Of a stretch of 64,000 nt of DNA, positions 52,831 to 60,417 are shown piece by piece (the first letter of the stretch is position 1; each line of letters starts with the position of its first letter). Location of the stretch: positions 153,276-217,275 of the forward strand of contig JACKBJ010000001.1 in assembly GCA_020634625.1 (NCBI GenBank). Direction: 5' to 3'. Below the pieces are notes generated by a model that saw nothing but the letters and a program-made list of their open reading frames with translations, made no database searches and had not been told where the DNA came from. The translations under genes and the position numbers were made by a program. The stretch comes from Caldilineae bacterium (GTDB lineage: Bacteria > Chloroflexota > Anaerolineae > Epilineales > Epilineaceae).

Positions 52831-53594
52831 GTCCTAGACGCGCATTCGGCCTGGCAGCCAGGACGAACTCGACCTTACATTCGGCCCCCTCAAAGGCATC
52901 ATCACGCATATTGCCCCATTGGACTTGGACTCAGACAAACTCACTTGACTCGATGACGAAGCCGAATTCACGGTTCGGAGTCGGTTCATGTTCACCAGTT
53001 TCTGACGATCACTTTGGGCGTCTCTAAAACCACCGTTAAGTTGACTGTTTACTTTCCACGCCTGACGTGGGTTCTCACGAGTTTCGTTACTCCCTCGTAG
53101 AGGTGGTTATGAAAGCCATCTAGTTTCCTTACCATCCCGACTCACAGTGACCTCGCCCGTCTAGCGTGTAGCGTATCACACGGCGCGACTCCAAGGAAGG
53201 GCCAACGCCATCTCCATCGCCTGGTCCGAGGCCCAGCTTCCCTTCCCGCCCGTACCGGCGCTTCCGGCGCAATTGCGCGGATCTCGCCGCTCTTGATTCC
53301 GGCGACACTCCTTCTGCCGCTCCTCGAGAGATCGAGAGCGCACTCCGCACTTGCGTCCTGGCCGTTCGCGATCGATTCAAGCGGGATGCGTGCGCGATGG
53401 CTCTTGGTGGGCCCTTCGGCACGCCGCGCTGGTCCGCCTCGGTTACCCTGCTGCTACTTGTCTATCGAAGCGAGCACGCCGTGACCGCGCCCATGGCGCT
53501 TGCCGCTGCAAACCGCCGCTGTGGCTCAGTCTCGACGGCCTGTGTCAGTCCCTAGCCGCCCAGGATCCTGTCCGGATGGCCCCGCGAGTGGAGA

Positions 53595-53762
53595 CTATCG
53601 CACGATGCGCCGAAGACCCCGGCGGACGCCCTGCTCGGTGACACCAATCTGCCGCACGGCCTCCCGAACGGTCATGCCTGGCGACAGCCTGTTCTCGGCC
53701 TCACGCAGGCGTTCGATGGCCTGCTCGGTGCCGCGGCGCTTCTTGCCCCTTCGCCCCCTCTT
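53595..53762 (-). pseudogene. Remnant of an IS3-family transposase OrfA-type HTH (or recombinase-type HTH)
   Basis: KKRRGTEQAIERLREAENRLSPGMTVREAVRQIGVTEQ matches the RR.S.EQI..LREA..L...G.S..EV.R.LGVSEQTY.RWR pattern of IS3-family OrfA N-termini. The match decays right after GVTEQ and stops at 53595. No intact transposase follows. Downstream frames show only faint coiled-coil-like traces. Confidence 0.4.
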
Positions 53763-53901
53763 GGTGCCCAAGCCGAACACCGAGCCCGGACTCCCTTTCG
53801 AGGCGCATTCCCCGTGACTTCCGACACCGGTCTCCCCCGCCGCCCTGAACCGAAACGAGCGGCGCATCCGGAAACATGGCGCCGGAAGCCCCAACCCTCG
53901 C

Positions 53902-55245
53902 TCAGCCCCCGGCCGCGGCAAGCGCCTCCGCCGCCGGCGCGAAGCGCGGGTTGAACTCCAGCGCGCGTCGGTAGCTGGCACGCGCATCCTCGTGCTCTCC
54001 GAGGCCCTCGAGCGCCCTGCCCTTCCAATAGTGAGACTCCTCGAGGTTCTCGCCCTTCATCGGCGCCAACGTCTCGTCGGCCAGCGCCACCACGCGCGCA
54101 TAGTCGCCGATCTCGAAGAGGGACCGGTAGTAGCCGAACTGATACCAGAAGGCCCGGAAGGGCAAGCCGATGCCGCGGGCGCGATCGAAGGCAGCCACCG
54201 CGCCGGCGTGGTCGCCGGTCTGGGCGAGCGCCTCGCCCAGGGCGAACCAGGCCCACGCGCTCCCGGGCTCGCGATCCACCCAGGCCTGCTGCGCTGCCAG
54301 CGCCCTGCGCCACATCACGTCGGAGTCCTCGGCCTCTCCGAGCAGCGTCCGGACCGCGGCGTCCTGCTCCGGTCGCCAAGCGATCACGTATGCGCCCAGA
54401 AAGGGCCGCCACATCGTCTCGAACGCGTCGTAGTCGAAGCGCTGGTTGGCACCGTAGTACGAGTCCTGGGCGATCAGCTCGCGCGCCGGGTCGTCGTAGC
54501 CGCTCAGCACGCGATAATGCCCCATCTCGCCGCGCCCCTCGACGCCGATCCACTGCTCGGCCAGCACGGGAACGCCGGCGCGCAGCAAGCCCCGGACCAG
54601 GTCCAGGTCGCCGCCGACGCCCGCACGAGCGCGCAACCCCATCCGGCGCGCATACTCCGCCAGCTCCTCGGGGCTCACGTTGGTGTCCTCGCGGTCCGGC
54701 TTCAGCTCGGAGGCCGCCGCGAGCTGGTCCACCTGGAGGCCGTAGGCGCTCAGCGCCATGGCGATCGACGAGGGGCCGCAGTTGTTCCACTTCTGCCAGG
54801 TGTGGGCGAGGCCGGGGATCTCGACGCGGTCCGGCAGATCGAGGGCAGTCGGCGCGGCCACCGGCGTCGCGGAGGCCGGGAGCTCCCGGGCCAGAGCGAA
54901 GGCCGCTACGGTCGCCCGGCCATCCGCGGTCGCAACGGCCTCGAGGGTCGCGCGCGTCTCGGCCAGCGCCCTCGCCTCGGCCGGGGCGAGGGCCGTCGGA
55001 TCGGTACTCGGTTGGGGAGCGGCCGGCGCCGTGGCGGTCGCCTCGGGCTCGGCGATCGGAACCTCGGGCCTGGCGGCGATCGCCGCCGCCGGGCTCGGGG
55101 CGACGCGCCGTGCGTCTCCCGCTGTGCCGCGCTCGCCGCGACAGCCGGCGGCCAGCAGCATCAGCAGCAGGGTCGAGAGCGCTTGACCCGCGGCCCCCTT
55201 GGACCGGATAATGTGAGGCTTGAAGGCAATCGGTGCCTGCGGCAT
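53902..55245 (-). CDS. Peptidase C39-like (C39_2) domain + TPR repeat lipoprotein
   Basis: ORF track 53902..55506. Start at ATG 55245 (MPQAPIAF...LLMLLAAGC lipobox). WQKWNNCGPSSIAMALSAYG. C-terminal TPR-like helices (AWFALGEALAQTGDHAGAVAAFDRA, YWKGRALEGLGEHEDARASYRRALEFNP). Confidence 0.8.
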   Translation of the reverse strand: MPQAPIAFKPHIIRSKGAAGQALSTLLLMLLAAGCRGERGTAGDARRVAPSPAAAIAARPEVPIAEPEATATAPAAPQPSTDPTALAPAEARALAETRATLEAVATADGRATVAAFALARELPASATPVAAPTALDLPDRVEIPGLAHTWQKWNNCGPSSIAMALSAYGLQVDQLAAASELKPDREDTNVSPEELAEYARRMGLRARAGVGGDLDLVRGLLRAGVPVLAEQWIGVEGRGEMGHYRVLSGYDDPARELIAQDSYYGANQRFDYDAFETMWRPFLGAYVIAWRPEQDAAVRTLLGEAEDSDVMWRRALAAQQAWVDREPGSAWAWFALGEALAQTGDHAGAVAAFDRARGIGLPFRAFWYQFGYYRSLFEIGDYARVVALADETLAPMKGENLEESHYWKGRALEGLGEHEDARASYRRALEFNPRFAPAAEALAAAGG

Positions 55246-55285
55246 GTTCACCTCGAGTGCCGGGTGCGAGCGAGAGGCCAGACCG

Positions 55286-55681
55286 ATGACCCGTGACGAC
55301 AAGCGAGACCTCGTGATGATCGGCGCCAGCCTGCTCGGCGTCGCGGTCGGGGGAATCTTGGACGATCTGCGTGGCGACGCCAAGCCAGCCTCGGACCCGA
55401 GCGCGGATCCTGCCGGCTCGCGCGCTGGCGTCCCTCTCGCGACGGATGCCGCGGGCGTCACGGCGCCCGAACCGGCGACGGTCGCCCGCTCCCTGCCACT
55501 GGTCAACGCGCCGGCGCTCCTGACGGCCGCTACGCTGTCGCGTCGGATCGGCGAGCAGGCCGGCCTGGCCCCGGACCGGCTCTGGCTGAACGCCCTGGTG
55601 GCATTCGGCGTCGGCGCCTGCCTGACCTACTTCGCCGACAGCGTCGCCCGCTTCCTGCCCGGCCTGCGCACGCGCGGGTAG
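55286..55681 (+). CDS. Small hypothetical membrane protein
   Basis: In frame with ORF 55220..55681. ATG at 55286 (MTRDDKRDLVMIGASLLGVAVGGIL). Second helix LWLNALVAFGVGACLTYF. High GC3. Confidence 0.45.
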   Translation: MTRDDKRDLVMIGASLLGVAVGGILDDLRGDAKPASDPSADPAGSRAGVPLATDAAGVTAPEPATVARSLPLVNAPALLTAATLSRRIGEQAGLAPDRLWLNALVAFGVGACLTYFADSVARFLPGLRTRG

Positions 55682-55783
55682 CCGCGCTCCCTGACCGGAC
55701 GGGCACGCGCCCTTCGGTGGCCCCGTCCCATACGCCCCGTCCTCCGGATCGACCCGCTCGATTCACGCACCTCGGAGATCGTC

Positions 55784-56560
55784 ATGGCCGATTACCAGCA
55801 TATCCTCGTCGACCAGGACCCGCCGATCGCCACGATCCGCTTCAACCGCCCCAAGGTGCTGAATGCCTTGAGCCCGGAGCTGATCGGCGAGATGATCGAC
55901 GCGATGCAGCGCCTGGACCGCGACGCGACGGTCGGCGCCATCGTCCTCACCGGCGACGAGCGCGCCTTCGCCGCCGGCGCCGACATCGGCGCCATGGCCG
56001 AGAGCACCGTGGTCGAGCAGATCGGTCGCGATCAGTTCGCGACCTGGGACAAGCTGCGCAAGATTCGCAAGCCCATCATCGCGGCGGTCAGCGGTTGGGC
56101 GCTCGGCGGCGGCAACGAGACGGCCATGATGTGCGACATGATCGTCGCCTCGGAAACCGCACGCTTCGGTCAACCCGAGATCAACATCGGGATCATGCCC
56201 GGCGCCGGCGGCACCCAACGCCTGGCCCAGGCGCTGGGCAAGGCCCGAGCCATGGAGCTCGTGTTGACCGGGCGGCCGATCACGGCCGACGAAGCGCTGG
56301 CGGCGGGCCTGATCAACCGCGTGGCGCCGGTCGAGAGCTACCTCGAGGAGGCGCAGGCGCTGGCGCGCGAGATCGCGTCCAAGCCGCCGATCGCCGTGCA
56401 GTTGGCCAAGCAGGCGGTCAACGCCGTCTTCGACGACTACCTCGATCGCGGCCTCATGACCGAGCGACGGAACTTCTACATGCTCTTCGCCACCAAGGAC
56501 CAGCGCGAAGGCATGCGCGCCTTCCTCGACAAGCGCAAGCCCGAATGGCAGGGCCGCTAG
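55784..56560 (+). CDS. Enoyl-CoA hydratase (crotonase family, short-chain/PaaF-like)
   Basis: 258 aa. ATIRFNRPKVLNAL, VLTGDERAFAAGADI, AAVSGWALGGGNETAMMCD, GQPEINIGIMPGAGGTQRL. Confidence 0.9.
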   Translation: MADYQHILVDQDPPIATIRFNRPKVLNALSPELIGEMIDAMQRLDRDATVGAIVLTGDERAFAAGADIGAMAESTVVEQIGRDQFATWDKLRKIRKPIIAAVSGWALGGGNETAMMCDMIVASETARFGQPEINIGIMPGAGGTQRLAQALGKARAMELVLTGRPITADEALAAGLINRVAPVESYLEEAQALAREIASKPPIAVQLAKQAVNAVFDDYLDRGLMTERRNFYMLFATKDQREGMRAFLDKRKPEWQGR

Positions 56561-56665
56561 GGCGCGGATCGCCGCAGGTGGACCGGACTGCTAGGATTGC
56601 AGCGTGCCCCGGCACGCGCATCCCGCGCCTCGACGCCGCCCGCCCAAGGGAGACATAGGACCGGC

Positions 56666-57454
56666 ATGAGCGAGACCCTCCTCTACCAGCTTCAGGATGG
56701 CGTAGCCCACCTGACCTTGAACCGCCCGGACAAGCTCAACGCCTTCACCGATCCGATGCTCGCCGCCCTCGAGGCGGCGCTGAAGACGGCCGAGCGGGAT
56801 CCGGAGGTGCGCTGCCTGGTCATCACCGGCGCCGGGCGCGGCTTCTCGGCCGGTCAGGATCTGGCCGCCGTCCAGGCGCGCGACGGCCAGGGCGGCATGA
56901 GCTTTCGCGAGCACCTCGAGCACACCTACAATCGGGTGATCAGCCGCATCCGCACGATCGAGAAGCCGGTCATCGCCGCGGTCAACGGCGTCGCGGCCGG
57001 CGCCGGCGCCAGCCTGGCCCTGGCCTGCGACCTGCGCCTCTGTGCCGAGGAGGCCAGCTTCATCCAGTCCTTCGTCGGCGTCGGCCTCGTGCCCGACAGC
57101 GGCTCGACCTACTTCCTGCCGCGCATGGTCGGCTATCCGCGCGCCTTCGAGCTGGCGATCACCGCCGAGCGGCTCGGCGCCGCCGACGCGCTGGCGCTCG
57201 GCATGGTCAACCGCGTGCTGCCCCGCGCCGAGCTGGACGCGGCCGTCGCCGAGCTCGCCGGACGGCTGGCCCAGGCACCGACCAAGGCCATCGGCTTGAC
57301 CAAGCGGGCCATGAACCGCGCGATGCAGGGCAGCCTGGACGAGGCGCTGGCCTACGAGGCCCAGCTGCAGGAGATCGCCGGCCGTAGCGCCGATCACGCC
57401 GAGGGCGTGGCCGCCTTCCTCGAGAAGCGGCCGCCGTCCTTCAGCGGCCGCTAG
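56666..57454 (+). CDS. Enoyl-CoA hydratase/isomerase (PaaG-like)
   Basis: ORF track 56597..57454. ATG at 56666 (MSETLLYQLQDGVAHLTLNRPDKLNAF). ITGAGRGFSAGQDL, AAVNGVAAGAGASLALACD. The PaaG subtype assignment is tentative. Confidence 0.85.
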   Translation: MSETLLYQLQDGVAHLTLNRPDKLNAFTDPMLAALEAALKTAERDPEVRCLVITGAGRGFSAGQDLAAVQARDGQGGMSFREHLEHTYNRVISRIRTIEKPVIAAVNGVAAGAGASLALACDLRLCAEEASFIQSFVGVGLVPDSGSTYFLPRMVGYPRAFELAITAERLGAADALALGMVNRVLPRAELDAAVAELAGRLAQAPTKAIGLTKRAMNRAMQGSLDEALAYEAQLQEIAGRSADHAEGVAAFLEKRPPSFSGR

Positions 57455-57463
57455 GCGTCGCGC

Positions 57464-58384
57464 ATGGCAGACGCGAGCCCCTCGCCGGCGGGCGAGACCC
57501 GGTCGAACGAAGCTCCCGCCGCGGCGGAGACCTGCATCGGCGTCGCCGGCGCGGGCACGATGGGCGCCGGGATCGCTCAGGTCCTGATCTGGGCCGGGCA
57601 CCCGGTTCGGCTCTACGACATCGAGCAGGCCTACGTCGCACGCGGCCGCGACCAGATCGCGAGCTTCCTGCGCCGGGGCGCCGAGAAGGGCCGACACAGC
57701 AGCGAGGCGGTCGACTCGGCCCTTGCCAGGCTGACGATCACGACCGATCTGGCCGACATGGCCGGGGTCGACCTGGTGATCGAAGCCGCCCCGGAGCGCA
57801 TCGACATCAAGCACGAGCTCTTTCGCAACCTCGAGCGGGTCTGCGGAGCCGAGACGATCCTGGCCACCAACACCTCGACCCTGTCGGTGGCCTTGATCGC
57901 CAGCGTGCTCGAGCGGCCGGAACGGGCCTGCGGCCTGCACTTCTTCAACCCGGCGCCGCTGATGCCCCTGGTCGAGATCGTGCGCGGTCCGGCGACGGCC
58001 GCCCGGGTGATCGAGACCGTGACGCGGCTGGCCCAGGCTTGGGGCAAGCAGCCGGTGTTGGCCGAGGATGCGCCCGGCTTCATCGTCAACCGCGTCGCTC
58101 GACCCTTCTACGGCGAGGGCCTGCGCCTGGCCGGCGAACGGGTGGCCGACTACGCGACGATCGACCGGCTGGCCCGCGACGCCGGCTTTCCGATGGGCCC
58201 CTTCGAGCTGATGGACCTGATCGGCATCGACGTCAACTTCGCGGCCGCGAGCGCGGTGTTCGAGGGCTTCTTCGGCGACCCTCGCTTCCGCCCCCACCCC
58301 ATCCAGCGCGCCATGGTCGAGAGCGGGCGGCTCGGCCGAAAGACGGGGCGCGGCTACTACGACTATGCGGCAGGCGACGCGTGA
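57464..58384 (+). CDS. 3-hydroxyacyl-CoA (3-hydroxybutyryl/3-hydroxyadipyl-CoA) dehydrogenase
   Basis: 306 aa. IGVAGAGTMGAGIAQV Rossmann motif, ILATNTSTLSV, HFFNPAPLMPLVEIV, PGFIVNRVARPF, GPFELMDLIGIDV. Confidence 0.9.
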   Translation: MADASPSPAGETRSNEAPAAAETCIGVAGAGTMGAGIAQVLIWAGHPVRLYDIEQAYVARGRDQIASFLRRGAEKGRHSSEAVDSALARLTITTDLADMAGVDLVIEAAPERIDIKHELFRNLERVCGAETILATNTSTLSVALIASVLERPERACGLHFFNPAPLMPLVEIVRGPATAARVIETVTRLAQAWGKQPVLAEDAPGFIVNRVARPFYGEGLRLAGERVADYATIDRLARDAGFPMGPFELMDLIGIDVNFAAASAVFEGFFGDPRFRPHPIQRAMVESGRLGRKTGRGYYDYAAGDA

Positions 58385-59130
58385 GCCCGGCGACCGCGAC
58401 CCGCGCACCCGAGGCTTCGGCAGCCTTCGACGCGACCGCCGACGGCGTGCGCCGGAGCCTGGTCGAGCTCTACCTGGATCATGGCTGTCCCTGGTCGTAC
58501 ATGGCCTTCACCGCCCTGAGCCGGCTCGCGCCGGAGATCGGCATTCGCCCGACCTGGCGGCTCCTGCCCATCGCGGGCGACCGGAGTGTCGCGGCCGCCG
58601 ATGCCGGGATGCATGCCGCTCGGCTGGCCGCGGAATGGCCCGAGATCGCGGCCAGCGCGGCCGCCGACTTCGGGCTCCGTCTCCGCCAGCCGATCGGTCC
58701 CGCCGATGGTCGGCCGGCAGCGGCGGCGATCCACCTGCTGCGCGGGATCGCGCCGGATCGCGAGCCGGAGGCGCACGCGGCGCTGTTCGCGGCCCGATTC
58801 GAGGCGGGGCAAGACATCAGCGATCCAGCGTGCCTGAGCGCGCTCCTTGGCGCCTTCGCCGAGGGCTTCGGCGAAGCCTTCGCCGCGCTCGCCCCGGCCG
58901 ACCTGCGGGCGGCCCCGGCCGAGGACACCGAACAGGCGCTGCAGGCGGGGGTGCGGGTCGTCCCGACCCTGGTGCTGAACCGCCGGCACGTCCTGCTGGG
59001 CGCCGAGCCGCGTGACGTGCTTCGACTGGCCCTGGCGAACCTGACCTCGAACGACGCGCGCGGCGACGTCGGTCCCGGGCGTCGCGCGGCAACGCCTCCG
59101 AACCCGATCCCGAGGCTTGCGAGCCCATGA
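58381..59130 (+). CDS. DsbA-fold protein of the 2-hydroxychromene-2-carboxylate isomerase / kappa-GST type
   Basis: In frame with ORF 58039..59130. The GTG at 58381 forms a GTGA overlap with the upstream stop. LYLDHGCPWSYMAF resembles the F.F.SPYSYLA N-terminal motif of HCCA isomerases. C-terminal GVRVVPTLVLN (the cis-Pro region). Confidence 0.65.
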   Translation: MSPATATRAPEASAAFDATADGVRRSLVELYLDHGCPWSYMAFTALSRLAPEIGIRPTWRLLPIAGDRSVAAADAGMHAARLAAEWPEIAASAAADFGLRLRQPIGPADGRPAAAAIHLLRGIAPDREPEAHAALFAARFEAGQDISDPACLSALLGAFAEGFGEAFAALAPADLRAAPAEDTEQALQAGVRVVPTLVLNRRHVLLGAEPRDVLRLALANLTSNDARGDVGPGRRAATPPNPIPRLASP

Positions 59131-59870
59131 ACGTCATTCTCCTCGGTGAAGCCGATGCCCAGCTGCCGCTCCGGATCGCGGCGAAGCTCGAGGCACATCG
59201 GCATCGGGCGATCGTCGCCAGCCCGGATGCCCACCTCGAGCGCGAGACGCGCGAAGCCGACGCGGTGGTCGACTGCTGGGTCACCGATGCGGCCGCCAAG
59301 CTGGCCGCGCTGGGCCGCTACGAGCGCTGGCTTCGGCGCGATGCGGCCTACCTGACCTGCTGTCATGCCGCATCGGCCACCCGGATGGCCGCCGGCGCCG
59401 GCAAGGCGCCCGGCCGCGTGGTGGGCTTCGCGCTGCCGGCGCCGATCGACGACCGCAAGCTGGTCGAGTGCGCGCTTCCGCTCCAGGCCACAGGCGCGGC
59501 CAAGCCGGCCGCCGAGGCCCTGTGGCGGGCGATCGGGCTCGAGGCGGTCTGGGTCGACGACAGCGTCGGGCTGATCATGCCCCGAATCCTGGCCGGCCTG
59601 GCCAACGAAGCCTTCTTCGCCCTGGGCGAGGGCCTGGCCAGCGCCAGGGACATCGATCGGGCGATGCAGCTGGGAACCCGTTATCCCCGCGGCCCGCTCG
59701 CCTGGGCCGAGGTGATGGGTCTGGACCAGGTCCTGGCCTGCCTGGATGCGCTGGCCACCGAACACGGCGAAGACCGCTATCGCGCCGCCCCCCTGCTCCG
59801 GCGACGGGTCGCCGCCGGGCGGACCGGACGCCTGGATGCCCTGCATCCGGACGAGGTCGAGACCGCATGA
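59127..59870 (+). CDS. 3-hydroxyacyl-CoA dehydrogenase C-terminal-domain protein lacking a canonical NAD(P) GxGxxG motif
   Basis: 247 aa. ATGA overlap with the upstream stop. SVGLIMPRILAGLANEAFFALGEGLASARDIDRAMQLGTRYPRGPLAWAEVMGLD matches the 3HCDH_C pattern. The N-terminal third (MNVILLGEADAQLP..) has no glycine-rich loop. Confidence 0.7.
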   Translation: MNVILLGEADAQLPLRIAAKLEAHRHRAIVASPDAHLERETREADAVVDCWVTDAAAKLAALGRYERWLRRDAAYLTCCHAASATRMAAGAGKAPGRVVGFALPAPIDDRKLVECALPLQATGAAKPAAEALWRAIGLEAVWVDDSVGLIMPRILAGLANEAFFALGEGLASARDIDRAMQLGTRYPRGPLAWAEVMGLDQVLACLDALATEHGEDRYRAAPLLRRRVAAGRTGRLDALHPDEVETA

Positions 59871-60142
59871 GCTGGCTGCCGATGCTCCTGGACCTGTTGC
59901 TGCTGGCGGCCCTGGTCGTGGCCTCGGCGCGCTTCTGGCGCTGGACCATCGGCAGCCGCCGGACCCTGGGGGCGCTGCCGGATCAGATGGCCGATCTGGA
60001 GCGCAGCCAGGCCTTTCTGGCCGCGACCAGCGCCGAGCACTTCGCCGAGCTCGATCGGCGGATTGCGGCGCTCGAGCAGCCGCCGACCCTGGACGAAGCG
60101 GATGCCATTGCCGGGCCGAAGCCCGAGCAGGACGGCGCATGA
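59867..60142 (+). CDS. Small single-pass membrane protein (91 aa)
   Basis: ATGA overlap at both ends. MSWLPMLLDLLLLAALVVASARFW followed by a helical acidic tail. High GC3. Confidence 0.55.
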   Translation: MSWLPMLLDLLLLAALVVASARFWRWTIGSRRTLGALPDQMADLERSQAFLAATSAEHFAELDRRIAALEQPPTLDEADAIAGPKPEQDGA

Positions 60143-60402
60143 ACGACGCGAGGCCGCTCGCTGCCTGGGCGCTGGCCCTGGCCTTCGCCATTCCGCTCGG
60201 CCTGCTCCTGGCCTGGCTGGCGGCGGCCATTCGGCGCAGCGGCGGCGATCGAGGCTGGCCCCTGCCGGCCCGCCAGGCGCCGCCATTCGGAGCGCAACGC
60301 ACCCCCCCAACCCCCGACGCGAAAGCTCGACGTGACGCGATCCGGTCCGATTCGGCCGGGCTCGCGCCGCCGCGCGAGCCGGCGCGACGCGGGGACCGCT
60401 AG
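60139..60402 (+). CDS. Small single-pass membrane protein (87 aa)
   Basis: ATGA overlap with the upstream stop. LAAWALALAFAIPLGLLLAWLAAAI followed by a basic/Pro-rich tail. Confidence 0.5.
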   Translation: MNDARPLAAWALALAFAIPLGLLLAWLAAAIRRSGGDRGWPLPARQAPPFGAQRTPPTPDAKARRDAIRSDSAGLAPPREPARRGDR

Positions 60403-60417
60403 ACGGCGAGGAAGCAC

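Larger units (their letters stand above)
48832..53901. mobile_element. Compositionally atypical (low-GC) islet, probable horizontally acquired insertion
   Basis: G+C drops abruptly right after the murJ stop and recovers at the TPR/C39 gene. Hand counts are 31/60 at 51061 and 28/60 at 51781, against 46/60 at 47521. All islet genes are on the minus strand with long ORF-free spacers. An IS3-like HTH remnant lies at the right edge. No tRNA, integrase or clear flanking direct repeats were found. Confidence 0.6.

Noticed and set aside
52962-52978. CCGAA-TTCACGG-TTCGG hairpin resembling a tRNA T-arm
   Set aside because: The loop has C instead of the invariant A58. The flanking sequence gives no anticodon arm or acceptor stem, so it is probably a chance hairpin in the spacer.
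49015-53600. GAG(C/T)GGAGACT shared between 49015..49027 and 53588..53598 as candidate islet-flanking direct repeats
   Set aside because: The match is only about 10 nt with a mismatch, which is well within chance for a 5-kb interval. It needs an empty-site comparison before any claim can be made.
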